From assembly GCA_040954595.2 (NCBI GenBank), contig CM082590.2, positions 10,194,088 through 10,258,087 of the forward strand: a stretch of DNA of 64,000 nt, read 5' to 3'. This stretch comes from Balanoglossus misakiensis (taxonomy: Eukaryota > Animalia > Hemichordata). The notes under the pieces are model-generated. The model was not told the DNA's origin. It saw only the letters and a program-made list of their open reading frames with translations, and made no database searches. The first letter of the stretch is position 1, and each line of letters opens with the position of its first letter. Made by a program: the position numbers and the translations under genes. Below, one piece after another: positions 33,236 through 61,512 of this stretch.

Positions 33236-36200
33236 ATGTCGGCTGTAGGCGATATGGATGAAAATGCTGTTGAGGTAAGAAAACCAGTGACATCGCATGT
33301 GATGATGGTGGTGTTGGAAATCGACAAGGGCATGTCATCCTTTGAAATTGACAGGAGTCGGTTTCGTGGGTACAGTTTATATTCCGAAAAAGTTTTGATC
33401 GGAGTTCATTGGGTACTATCTTCGTCCATGGTTGTTTGGTTAGTACATATACCCCAGATATAGGGTATGTTGTTAGTATCATTAGGTGATAATCAAATGA
33501 ACTTACCTGTATACAAACGTTCTTCTCATACATTACTTACTGTGTTTGCAGGATCTTACAGCGGACATATTCACTGAGCTGGTAGATGAGGTTACTCTCG
33601 GACTGTGCTTCGAATTTCACCGTTCTTGTAAAACCGGTGCTTTCTTCCTTGATGACGTTGATCCAGAGTAAGTATTCTTTATTACTGGAACTTAAATGTT
33701 CCTTGATAAGTGAGGGAAGAATTAATTTCACACATTCCCCTCAGTTTGTAAGTAAGTTTACTGCACTGCCCCAAAACAGAAACTCAAGCAACTGTTTCTT
33801 CTTCTTTTTTCACTCTTCTCTAGGACCATGAAACAGTATGGTAAGTTCCTCCTCAAAATTTCAATCAAAAGTTTTCACTCCTGACTTCCTGTGTATATAC
33901 CCAATGTAGTGTAGAAGCTAGACGAAGCTGCAAAGTTCTGATGGTTTGGACACTATCGTACATTAAAAAAAATACTCATACACACATGCAAATGTATGTA
34001 TAGTGTGTGTGTGTGTGTACGTATGTATGTATGTATGTATGTATGTATGTATGTATGTATTTATTTATTTATTTATTTATTTATTAGACTTACAACAAAT
34101 AATTATTATACTATCTCACAACCACAGAAATAGTGGACAAACTAGGATTAGACGTGTTTGGTCAGGTACCTCTGAAGAAAACCGTGGAGTGTGTTTGCCC
34201 AAACTGCAATAGAACTCTCTCTGCGTCGCGATTTGCACCACATCTGGAGAAGTGTATGGGTATGGGCAGAAATAGCAGTAGAATAGCCAATAGAAGGTAA
34301 GTTAGGCTCCTATTCCAGGGTCCATACGCTTCATCCTGCGAAGTTGATCCATCTGGAAAAGCACAGAGAAAGCTCCTTTAAAAATCAGAGAATTCTGAGT
34401 AAGTTGAGTGAAGACATGAGGAGTGATAAGTATCAGCCAGTATTGACTTGTTGCATTTTTTGCCTTATTCCTTTTTCAGACTCATAGCCAACAGCGGCAA
34501 AGTTGAGAGTGACAATGAAATAGATGATCAAGAAGATGAATGGTCAGCGAATGCAGACAAGAAAAACAGTAAGTTTGTCTTAACCCTGGAGATTAATTAA
34601 ATCTGTTCCCATCATTAAATATTAAGGGTGATGGGAATACATTTTGATTGAGTTGTGTTGAAAATTAGGACTGCTGCACACATTATCTTGATATTTTGTT
34701 ACTATTTTTTTCATCCAGTGTATAAGAAATTTAAGAAGGAAAGAATGGTTAACTCCCCAAGAAGAGTGACAAAGCCTAGTTCAAGTAGACAGAAAAATGG
34801 TAAGTATGACAGAACATACCATTTCTGTAGCACTTTCAGAAATGCTGCAAGTCGTACTTAACATGGTTGTCTCAAAGCAAACCCGATAGTCTTTATGAAA
34901 TCTAATTTGTACTCAGCTTATATAATTGGTTAGTCTAGGATCTAGTCGTGTTTTGTCCACTTTGCTCTAAAACTACTGGCTAGACAGATGCTCTCAAGTC
35001 TTTGTCCGGTTTTTGTTTTCCAGGTGACACGAGCAGTGTACATTCGGAATCAAGTATGACTTATAAAGTAAGTTTCTACTCTAGAGTTACCTGGATATTT
35101 TGTGTGGCTTTGTGATTGTGAATCTTTGTGATGAATGTCTAAACATTATTGAGACAATACTCGCTTCCTTTTGCTTTGTAGCCCTTTAATGGGTACGAAT
35201 CGCTGTCAATGGAAGAAAGGAAACAGCTATTAATGAGCACATGTGGTGTTATATCAGAACATACTAGAAAGATGTGTACAAGGTAAGCTGAGTCTTAATT
35301 TTAAATATTTAAAACGCATTAATATCAAGTTAATAGAACACATTTAAAGTGTGTGTAAACCCTGTAGAATAACTCTCACTTACCAGACACCCAAACCTCA
35401 CTTACCAGACATCTGAACTTCCTTACCTGATATTTGAACTTCCTTATAATACATTTGAACTTACCAACCACTTAAAGCAACCATCTGTTTGTGTTACAGA
35501 TCTCACCGGTGCCCACAACATAGCGATGAACAGAGAAGAGGTGTTCGAGCTCATTTACTAGGATCTGGTGAGGATAGGTAAGTAACACACATGGACATTA
35601 CTGTTGAGTGTTGTAAGTATGAGTGTGTATGTATGTATGTATCTATGTATGTATGTAGGTCTGTGATAGAGTCTTTATACAATTGTACATGCGAGTATTT
35701 GTAACATAATATGACACAGTAAATACAACTCACCTGAGAAAAGGGAAGTTTCATACACATTTTCCGTTTATACATTTCAGGACTGTAGGTGAAAATGACG
35801 ACATCCACGTGGACATTGATAGCTATGAAGACACTGAGAATTCTTTCCTACGCGACACATTTACCTGGGATGGCAGTTCGACCAACGCATCACCAGCCGA
35901 CTCCAACTCAACCACAAGTAAGAAGACTTATAGATATCTCATTTATGTGGGGCATATAAAAAAGACTGATTTGCCAAGTGACTTCCAAAACTGGCCTTTC
36001 TAGACGGTCAATTAATGTACTTGTATGTTGTACAGGGAATGTTACTTGGCCACTAGTTTCTACTAGAGGTGGCCACTTATGTATTGAAGACATCTTGGTA
36101 CAACTTATAGTCCTTTCAAAACATTTAAAAATATTTTTTTGTTAATTTCAGGTACTAATAGTAATGTGACCAAGCGATACAGAAAAAAGTCGAAACATCA

Positions 36201-36249
36201 GAGACACAAGAAGACTAAAAGCACACTGACTTATGACAACGTTGACTGA
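33236..36249 (+). CDS. ATXN7L3: Ataxin-7-like protein 3 / SAGA-associated factor 11 (SAGA deubiquitination module)
   Basis: Spliced product includes [24 protein letters not shown], a 17-nt micro-exon at 33824-33840, [51 protein letters not shown] (Sgf11 zinc finger) and [21 protein letters not shown] (SCA7 domain). Stop TGA at 36247-36249. The start could instead be 33188 or 33254 (all in frame). Confidence 0.93.
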
Positions 36250-37402
36250 AATATAAAGACTACAAAACGCAAGAATTCAGAATTTCTTGCGTTGAGCAAT
36301 TGATCCTAGGGATCTCAGCATTATTAGTAACTGACGATTATGCTCCAGAAGGAGTCGTTTTCGAAGTTAAGTTCTTGAAGTTGACAGTCTCGTCAGAGTT
36401 GGCGAAGTTCTTCTGATCCTGCAGAGTGTATGACTGATGACGCTGTATTTATTTGTCCTAGTTTTTGTGTGTATTCTCAGCTGCCTCCCAGCTTGTCTTG
36501 TCTTGTAATTTTGTTTACATTATCTAGTCTGATGAGCTGAAATAAATTCGGATATCATTACAAAGCGCACTTGGGGAAATCCAGGGTTGAGTTACATCCA
36601 TCTGAGGAGGTCCAGTTGATTTGGACCAGGAGTTATCAGTACACTACATGCTCCGGACCCTATGGGCTGACATGACGAAAAACGGCATCTAATCTAACCA
36701 GATTTTGGAGCAAATTTCTGTAAATTTCTTCTTACATTTCGCCCTCAGCGCAAAACAAAAATAACTTGTTCACTGCTCAGTGGGGGCGCTGTGGGACTCG
36801 AATGAGCCTCCAGGGGTATGGTATGTAGGTCATAATCGAATAACGTCATCGCAGGAATGCAACCCGGAAGGTCTTAATGCAAAGACTATTGCTCCCACTG
36901 TCTATGGTTGAACTTAAAGTGGACGAGTCGTCGTCATCTTCTAACATTTTCGCATATCTCCGAACCCTTGTTATCTGGTTGTTTCGTGGACCACACTTTG
37001 CAGAAGCCTTCGAGGTGTTTTATAACTAGATTGTGGTAGTCCAAGTATCTGGATGTCTGCGACATCGCATTGAAACCAACTACTGCATACTGCGTAGGTA
37101 CTAGGTAAGTAAACCTTGGAATTAATAGTATGACTCATCGATTTCAAAACTTGGTTACTGTGTACTCTGGTCCTGTGTCTGCCGCAAACTTTCGTTTGTC
37201 CAGGATCCTTGGGTGTGTATTCACAATTTGGAAATATTGAACCCTCTCTAACATCAACAGGTAGGCCAGAAGTTTCGTCAGAAGGTAATAACAACTGTTT
37301 GCATCGTTTTCAGGTAGTTTGGACCGAATCTCTCGAAGGCAGGCTTGTGGAGAGTCTTTTAAAAAAGTACCATACAAGGAAGTCTTGCAAAACCACACTG
37401 TC

Positions 37403-39526
37403 ATGGCAGAACAAGTGTTCACAGCTTCTGTTACACCATCAGCGACGCTTGGTGCCAATGTAGGGCCACAGATCTTGAAGAGACTTGATGAATTCAGACG
37501 TGATGGTTGGCTTAACGACACTCTTCTTCAAGTTGATGGTGAAAGTCACGGTTGCCATGGTGTTGTCTTGGCTTCTGCAATTCCGTCGTTACAAGACAAG
37601 ATTGTGAGCAGCAGGCAACCAGGTGACGTCGCAACAGTTGTCTTGGAAACCAGCGAGTGTGATGGAGATTCCTTGCGTGATCTGATCGAGTATGCATATA
37701 CAGGAAGAGTTCAGATCACGCGTGACAACGTAAATCGCTTGAAAGCGGCTTCTGGGTACTTGGAAATAAGAGAGCTTGAAGGCACATGCGTGGAATTCAT
37801 CAATAACGCCCAAAGCGAAATTCGTGAATTCGAAAACAAACTGCAGACAGACAACGTTCTTGCTGGAATGCAGAGGTTACGCCTTGCTACCTCTCTGACT
37901 GATGTAACAGTCCGCATCGAAGAAGCCAAGTTCCCTTGTCATAAAGTTGTACTTAGTGCATGCAGTAGATATTTCAAAGCCATGTTCAGCCACGTGATGA
38001 TAGAAAGTAAAGAAAACACCATCAACTTGAAGGACTGTGATCCCCATATTGTTGAGACACTTCTGGAATTTGCGTATACATCCAAAATTAGAATCTCTCA
38101 TGAGAATGTGCAGGAATTGATGGAGTTTTCCCTACTGTTTCAATTTCCTGAGGTTTTTGATATGTGCGGCCATTTTATGCGGCAGAATTTGCATCCAACT
38201 AACTGTCTTGGCGTGCTCCGATTGGCCGAGGACTTGGCATGTGATTCATTGCGTCATGCCGCTTGGGAGTTCACAGTGGAGAATTTTCCTGCTGTCAGTC
38301 AGGGTGGGGAGTTTCTTGTTGTGGACGACGGCAAAATTCGAGATCTATTATCAGCAGATCTGTGTGTTGAGCAAGAGGAGGATGTCTTCAATGCACTTTT
38401 AAGGTGGGTGAAACACGACCAGACGATCCGACAGAAATATCTCCCGAAATTGTTGGAGGAAATTCGTTTCCCATTTATGGAGAGAAGGTATCTCAACAAA
38501 GTCGTCAGCAAAGAACCTCTTCTGAAAGAAACTCCGCTTGATTTATATATAACAGAGGCGGAGAAGTATCAAAAATTATCTTGCAAAGAGCGTATTGAAT
38601 TTGCCAAGATAAATCGACGCATGCATCCGAGGGTTTTCACTGAAGTCATCCTGATGGTCACTTCTAGAACCACCAAAGTCGGACATCAGAAAAACCTAGT
38701 ACTTGTCTTCGACCCAACAGACGACCGATGGTCCTTTCTAACAGAGTTCCCGGATACTGAGCAGGTCGTCACGGCAACAACCCTCGGCCATGACGCCATA
38801 TTCTGCACAACCAACACAGGACGTTCCTGGCTGTACCAGATGGAGAAGCAAGTCTGGTTGGAGAAGGCACCGACATTGCATATCCACGAGAGGAACGTTG
38901 GCCACAAATCGGCCACTATCCAAGGCAGTGTTTACGTGCCAGGGGTTGGGCGACGTTGCCAAAATATGGAAAAATATGATCCAGTCACCAACACGTGGTC
39001 AGAACAGCCAACCATGATTAAGGCTGTGTGCTATCACGCACTCGCAGTCTGCAGAGATCAACTCGCTGTGGTTGGTGGGATGGGTAATGGCGGTGCCCTT
39101 ACACGCATTTTGCAGGTTTTTGACGCCGAAAGCAACACTTGGAAGGAGAGAACTGCCTGTCCAATAAAAACTTCCCACGCTGCAGCTGCCGCCCTTGATG
39201 AGAAGATTTATTTGTTTGGCAACCAAGATGAGGCAATGGAGACTGTTTACCAGTATGATTTCCATGGCAACGGTTGGAAGGAGGTTGCTGAGCTGAACAC
39301 GAGACGACAAAGATGCAGCGCGATTGCGTGCAACGGGAGAATCTATGCGATCGGCGGGTTCATGGAGCCTCTTTGGAAAGGGATCGTGTGCAGCATCGAG
39401 TGTTATGACCCGAAGGAAAATAGATGGAAGATCGCCAGCCAGTTACCAAGCGCATTCTGGGTGCAAGCGTCGATGACTTTACCGAAGTATGCTGTTTGGG
39501 ACAAAGTGCGTCCTCTACAATACTGA
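37403..39526 (+). CDS. Kelch-like protein with two tandem BTB domains, BACK and Kelch repeats; coding region has no introns
   Basis: 707-aa ORF from gtcATGg. BTB1: DTLLQVDGESHGCHGVVLASA..LIEYAYTG. BTB2: DVTVRIEEAKFPCHKVVLSACSRYFKAMF..LLEFAYT. BACK: NCLGVLRLA..EEDVFNALLRWVKHD. Kelch: YDPVTNTW, VVGG, IYAIGG, YDPKENRW. Confidence 0.92.
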   Translation: MAEQVFTASVTPSATLGANVGPQILKRLDEFRRDGWLNDTLLQVDGESHGCHGVVLASAIPSLQDKIVSSRQPGDVATVVLETSECDGDSLRDLIEYAYTGRVQITRDNVNRLKAASGYLEIRELEGTCVEFINNAQSEIREFENKLQTDNVLAGMQRLRLATSLTDVTVRIEEAKFPCHKVVLSACSRYFKAMFSHVMIESKENTINLKDCDPHIVETLLEFAYTSKIRISHENVQELMEFSLLFQFPEVFDMCGHFMRQNLHPTNCLGVLRLAEDLACDSLRHAAWEFTVENFPAVSQGGEFLVVDDGKIRDLLSADLCVEQEEDVFNALLRWVKHDQTIRQKYLPKLLEEIRFPFMERRYLNKVVSKEPLLKETPLDLYITEAEKYQKLSCKERIEFAKINRRMHPRVFTEVILMVTSRTTKVGHQKNLVLVFDPTDDRWSFLTEFPDTEQVVTATTLGHDAIFCTTNTGRSWLYQMEKQVWLEKAPTLHIHERNVGHKSATIQGSVYVPGVGRRCQNMEKYDPVTNTWSEQPTMIKAVCYHALAVCRDQLAVVGGMGNGGALTRILQVFDAESNTWKERTACPIKTSHAAAAALDEKIYLFGNQDEAMETVYQYDFHGNGWKEVAELNTRRQRCSAIACNGRIYAIGGFMEPLWKGIVCSIECYDPKENRWKIASQLPSAFWVQASMTLPKYAVWDKVRPLQY

Positions 39527-40346
39527 GAAAATACTTTACAGCGATTGCATTATGGGTATAAACGTCGATGACTGTTTACCAATATGCAACGAGGTGCACT
39601 ATAAAATGTGAACTGATATAACACTTCACATGTTAATGTTAATTCATAACTTTTGCAGTAGTTTTTACGACTTAAAAACCAAACGCCAGTATATCTTTCT
39701 ACTTACATTTGACTGACGGGGCAAGTGATATCAAATTTGCCCATACTTACCCTTTTCTATTTTCTTTCCACAATTATAACTCAATTGTATTAATAAAATT
39801 AGTCAGCGTAAAAGATAGTATAATTTATTACATATTTGTGCTTGTCTTCATAGTCTGTGCGTGTTTTGGATACTGCTGTGTCCGCTACTGTTTTGAGTGT
39901 TCCAAATGGTTTGACGTGTTCAGACTTCAAGGGCAATTATTTATTTATTTATATAAATATTTATTTGTTACATTTGTCTTTAGCTAGCCAAATGTCATCA
40001 CATCGCTTCCACGTTGCTTTGTGGTACGAATGTGTTAGTGCAAACGTGAGAGTTAAACGTCTCATGCACAATAACGCCCTAGAGGGGGGTGGTGGGTATT
40101 GTACCATGCGGTTGAAATCATAGACAGGACACGCGTTTGGCCGAGTATGTGTAGGCCTATATCGCATTTATTTGGATGATATCGCGACAGAATGCTACAG
40201 AAGACTGGAAGCGAGTTTCGCAATCTCGAAGTAAGCTGGTGACTGCATATTTACAAGCCATCGTTTTTCATGGAGCGTGATTTAATCGAGTACATGTGGA
40301 TACGTACACGCTTGATTGACCTGCAGTGTCATTGACCACTTGAAGA

Positions 40347-40399
40347 TGACGTCATAACCATCACCTGTTTAAGTAAGTACTATTCGCTATTCTGATTGG
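40347..40399. promoter_or_regulatory. Consensus CRE (TGACGTCA) and inverted CCAAT box upstream of the secreted-protein gene
   Basis: TGACGTCA at 40347-40354 and ATTGG at 40395-40399, about 400 bp upstream of a strong donor (AAG/gtgagt at 40771). Motif match only. Confidence 0.35.
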
Positions 40400-41196
40400 T
40401 TGCGCCACCACATGGGACGTATGAGAGAGTACAGAGAATTCTTGCAAGTGTGCGCAAGCATTCACTTTTTCTTGAAACTGGAATGATCATCCGCGGCCTT
40501 GAAAAATACCTGATTTGGGGTATTTTTCGTGTTTTTCATAAATTTGCATCATAAACTAGGCTGAAACAAGCGATCGTAGACCCTATTTTTGGAACGCCAC
40601 TTTTATTCGAATTTTCGAAGAGTTGCTTGGGATGTACATGTTCCAAGCGCATGGTTCTCGGCGTTCGAAGACAAGACGCGCTTAGTGTTTTCCCGGAGTT
40701 CTTTATCATAAGAAGACACTTCTGCGTTTTCTGACTTCAGCGATCGGCCACAAAAATCGGCCATGACAAAGGTGAGTACATGATGATTGGTGTATTACTG
40801 TAGAATCTTTATGATGACGCCTGATTCTGTAAACATCAGGCAGGAATAACATTTTTGTAATTTTGCCGAGAATATTTTCATGTGAAACTTTACAAGCGGC
40901 CAATTTTTCATGGTCCGACAGCCCTTGATTTCCGTCTCCGACTTTGGAAAACAAAAATTCGTGATTGACAGTAATTTTCTATTGGCCCGGCAACGCCACC
41001 TACGGCCAGATCTTAAGTGTGATGCGACAGAGGTTTACGCTAAGAAAACTGGTAGTTGCTTTATTTGTTGTCGTGTTTTTTTTCAATGAAAACTGTTCTT
41101 ATTTCGGAACGTTGAATGTATGCTACACAAGCGCATGCTAAATCTGGTGATGAAGTATCGTGATTAATTTTTTCCACAATTTCTCTGTACTCGCAG

Positions 41197-43519
41197 ATGC
41201 GGTTTTTCGCGTTGATGGTAGCCCTTGCAGTCACGTGTTCGATCAGCTTTGGTGTCCCCGTTACAAAGGTAAGACAACCCAGTCACCCAGTTTGAGGGTC
41301 TGTGGACACATCAACAACATACCGTACAGGAAAGCAAAATCTAACATCCATCAAAACAGTCATAACACAAGAAACACGCGGCGTTCCTTCTACCTACCTG
41401 AATGCTTGTCTTCACAACTTGAAGCATCCTGAAAAAAGGTTCCACTCGAAACATAGATGGTGTTGTTGTTTCGCTGTCTGGAAGAGATTGAAAGAACCTC
41501 TGACGCAAGAGATAAATGCCTTTGTGTCACACAGTATACAATGTATCAGAAGCTGCGGAAGCGTCTAGCAGCACGGCGCCAACCGTTTTCTCGAGTGGAT
41601 ACATTTTTGTCCTTCGTGTTTCCCTGCCGCGGTCTCGATCAATTCGCTGTAGTTTTTGTTTCCCAATCATTTTCAATCAAAAACACAGTTTATCATGAAA
41701 CTTGACCACAAATTTTGTACTGGCGTATTTCTTTTGTAAAGTACTTACCGGCTATGACCTCTGCAATACAAACTTTCGCTGGTAATACCAAGTTTAAAGA
41801 GACCACGTGGGCCCCGTCGATCGCAGCGTGGTTGAAGACACTCCACGAGTTACTACTAACACGTCTCCCTAGCCCGCCTCAAAAAGCAATATGGAACTGT
41901 CCATTTTCTGAACATGAATTCAGCATTTGTGCAAGTTGCGCAGATTCATAGATGCACTCACTAAAATTATCATTTCTGTCTCTTTTCCTCCGACGTCTTG
42001 TCTTGGCAACCATCAGAGGAATGCACTCTGCCTTGCAGACGAAGATTGTATGTACAATCAGCGTTGCTATTGGCAACAGTCCAATGGCCTCCATGTTGGA
42101 GTATGTGAAGAGAAACCGGTAGTAAGTACAATATATTACTAATATGCACCTTTCTTTATTTCTAATAGCAAAATGACAAGTTTGGCAATATCGTAGCTTG
42201 GTAACTATATTACCATGGATAGTACTGAAAAACGAGGACATGAAAATGCAGTGACCAACAAAAGAGAACAACTCGTGATTATTTTCATTCATTGTTTTCT
42301 TCATTTTTGTAATAAAATGATGTTTTGGCTTTTTTAACAGGGTCATCCTCGACATATTCGCCAGGCTTCACGTGGCCAATATGGCGGCGGTGACTATGAC
42401 TACGGGAACTTCTATACTGGTCCAGATCAAGACCAGTATTATAATTCTCCCGACGGAAATCGAGACTTTAGGACGCAGTACAGGTATTATGACGATTATC
42501 AAGATTACAACAGACCTGGTTTGCATATTGTAAACAAAGAAATAATGGTAGGAGGCGAAGATGCAAGAAATCTTGGCAAATATGGAAAAATGACAGTTTC
42601 TGAAGACAATACACACGATCATCTGAAGTTGAAGGATTTTGGTCACGTGTATGTTGTCCATGACGACGATGACCACGACTTTCAGGCAGGCTCTGTGATT
42701 GGTCGCGATGGGACCGTCTACGGCGTTGCCAGTGACTACGACGCGTATCAGTACGCCAGAGCGCCCCCAGTCCACACCAACGACATCTTGCGAGAGGATG
42801 TGCAGTATGAAAATATCGATAATTCCATGGAGATTGATGACGTGTTCAACCGGATGTTATCGAAGTCCAACTCGGATACAGGTGCGGTTTCGGAATTATT
42901 TGCATGGTCATTATATATCTAGACATGAAAGAAAAAAATTGCTCTAATATTTTCATACATACAGAACCCAAATGAACTTTCAGATACGTTTTATTTACCC
43001 AAGAATAAATAAATAAATAAAGTATTTCTTGGAGAAAAATTCAAACATAATCACTCTGTTAAGTGTGAGATTTGTCAGTCATATAGTGAGCCCACTAACG
43101 GTTAAATCTGTCATTTTATCAACTTTTCAGATATAAGTGGTATTGAGAATGATGTAGATTATATCGATGACGTAGCACACAACCCTGTCGACTTAGAGGG
43201 CGCAGCACAGGCAGCTGCCGAAGAAGCAGAGAAGCGAGAACAAACCGAGATACTAGGAAACGCAGGGAGCGCCACCAATGGCAAGGAAGATTATTCTGAC
43301 TACCAGCAATGGCCATCGCCAGTTGAACAAATGAATGTCCATGATAGGAATTTTGACCCTTATGACGACATAATTGTGTACGATGAGAGTAACTTATTTG
43401 ACTACGATTACTATGGCAATGGCGCGGAAAATGTCAAATCTGGCACGAAGCCGAAGTTACAAAAAACTGTCAGCAGACAAAATTCTAAAGGTGGTATTTT
43501 CAGTGATGACTTTAAATAA
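41197..43519 (+). CDS. Uncharacterised secreted acidic Asp/Tyr-rich protein with a small 4-Cys module (about 370-390 aa)
   Basis: Exons 41197-41268 (signal peptide MRFFALMVALAVTCSISFG-VPVTK), probable 41535-41594 (weak donor), 42017-42121 (CLADEDCMYNQRCYWQQSNGLHVGVC), 42341-42881 and 43131-43519 join in frame with no stops. An optional upstream exon ending ATG ACA AAG/gtgagt lies at 40763-40771. Confidence 0.75.
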
Positions 43520-45014
43520 ACCAAGTTTTAAAGACTGTTTTGTTTGCTGGGTGTCTCAATTTTACCTTGCACGATTTGTGATATTCACAGTGACTCATAT
43601 TTGCTGGTTCTTCGCTGCTATCTTCCCGGATGTGAGAACATCCAAGAACAGAAAAGCTAAGAACCAGCAAAAGTACAGGTCGAGCCAACATCTGATATTA
43701 ATCAGATTGACAAAATACAAACAAACTCTCTGGTATAAATCACAATTATCTTTTATTGAATGATAGACAGTCATTATATCTGATTATGTAAAATCATGTG
43801 CATATGTAAAAAGATAGATAAGGAAATCCCATTATGCAATAGTAATACCTTTGCTACAAAATGGTACAGTTTTGCTCCCTTCCCATGATGCTCTATTGAA
43901 CGACGGCCATATTGTCAGTCCTTGCAAATGGCGACACAGAGCATCATGGGAAAGGTTGAATCAAATACGCACATGCTAGCAAGAGAGAAATAAGCAAAGT
44001 ACCAATTCACATACTTCTACAAACAGACAGAAAATGTACACAGACATACTTATTATTTCCTTTTGGTGCTTACAAGATACATGATATGTAATTTCATGAA
44101 AAAACTTTTTGTAGGAGTGTATGTGCATTAGAGACATTACAGATAAAATGTAACCACAACTTATTGAGATAAATTCGTTAAAAATGAAACACCAAAATCA
44201 ATATGTAAAAAAGTTCTACCGAGTATTCGTTTTCAAGGCGAAAAATTAGAATTCTTTACTTAAATGATTTTGGCATTTTCTAGAGTACAAAAGATAATGC
44301 ACCTTACGACTAACGGAATATATTTATGCTATTTTACTATCTTCAAGAAAATGTTATTACACGTCTCAATTGTCACAATTAATTCACGAGGACTAAACGA
44401 ACATCGGAAAAGCCTATCATTCTCACAGATCACTCGTCAGTGACAAATAGATGTTTTCATATAACATGATTTAAACACCATGTTATCTTTTAGGTTTTCA
44501 AAAGGAATTTGCCACAGTTCTGGTTACTTTGCAACGTTTGATAAATGTGTTACTATCAAATTTTAAAGCAGCCCGTACATAATACATGTGCATACCGATC
44601 TTTCATTCAAAAGTTATTCTTTGATTGTCTCACTGTCGCCTCCTTCGACATAATTCTTGCACGCAAGAAAAATAAAACTAAAATGTACCAAGAGCTTTAA
44701 GACAAGACATCATTCAACACACACGTCATTTTGATCAAGAAATCAGCATCTCAAAAAACATCTTTCGAACGATTATGACATATTAAACTTGTTCAATCAT
44801 ACAGTATTCTCCGAGCTTGTGAATTGACCGATCCAATATTTTGTTGAAGTGATACTGTTACCTTCATCATTTGAATTCTGCTGAAAAGTCACGATTTTAA
44901 CTTTTTTTTCTATTTATTCAGTTTATTTTATAATAACCATCATCAGCAGATTTATTCTTCCAATTTCTTTGCATTGTACCTAATCACAAGGCATCGCTTG
45001 TTCAATACTGTCCA

Positions 45015-60339
<15,325 letters not shown>

Positions 60340-61357
60340 CTTCAAGAAAATATCAAGCGTACGAGAAAAAAATATTCTGAAACAAAGTGAGTCTTCGCGG
60401 TTGACTCAAGAATCGATAAACACGACACTTTAAACCTCAAACAATCAGCAAACACCTCTGCGCGACACAGCGAGTTATAAAAAGAAGTTCCGACACAAAT
60501 CGCCGCTCAGTACGTGATTAAGCTTCATAAAGAGGTGTAAAAGTCTGTCTTCTTGATGTTCTCGTCGCCCGGGGAGTTCGCAGCGGAGAGAGGGTGCACC
60601 AAAACTAGACTAGCATTGGCCGAGGTCTGCAGCTCCGGAGAACCAAGTCTCGTTACAACTCTCGTCCGACGCCACAAGTGGACTGCCCTGTGATTCGGTC
60701 TGTCACTTTCGACAACTTAGCTCCGACTGGCCTTTGACCTGCCACACGGGTTTGTTTAAGATTAAACAAAACGTGCAAACAAACACTTTAAAGAAGGAGG
60801 AGTCAATATTCCACATCCACCTTCCCTGCTCCGAACACATGACCCTATAAACCTGACAACGGGGGTCCTGATGTAATACGCGTCTCGCTTTTATAATCAG
60901 ACGTGTTGGCACGTGGATCTAATCCCATTTAAATCTTCAAATACGTCAAATATAGCAACATTCACTTTATGTTCAACGTAATTAGCCCCGGGTCGAGCGT
61001 TTACAAATATTGTTGTACCGGCTTCTTCTTATAACATGCACAGCCACGACCTTCGTCTGTGTTGATGGTACCCATCTTGGTCACAACGTCTATTTGAGTT
61101 TCCCATTTTGTCAGTAAATTTTTATTAGATGTCTAGTGCGATTTTAGAATTCCTCGCTGTTGTATATAAACTCCGATGATCTGTGTCTGTCATTTGAGAT
61201 GACACTGACCGCGTTTGTCAAGGCAATAGGTTTATCCTTGTCCGCCGGTGTCCGAGTGCGTGAGTGTGATGGTGTTGACTAGAGTGCTTCTCTGTCTAAC
61301 TGTTACAGAAAAGACGAGCCATCGACATTATCGTCGAACGAGCATATTGTGTAGGTG

Positions 61358-61512
<155 letters not shown>

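Noticed and set aside
37319-37402. Extended N-terminus of the Kelch ORF (735 aa)
   Set aside because: It starts at a TTG just after a splice acceptor. The first ATG in good context is 37403, although an upstream coding exon cannot be fully excluded.
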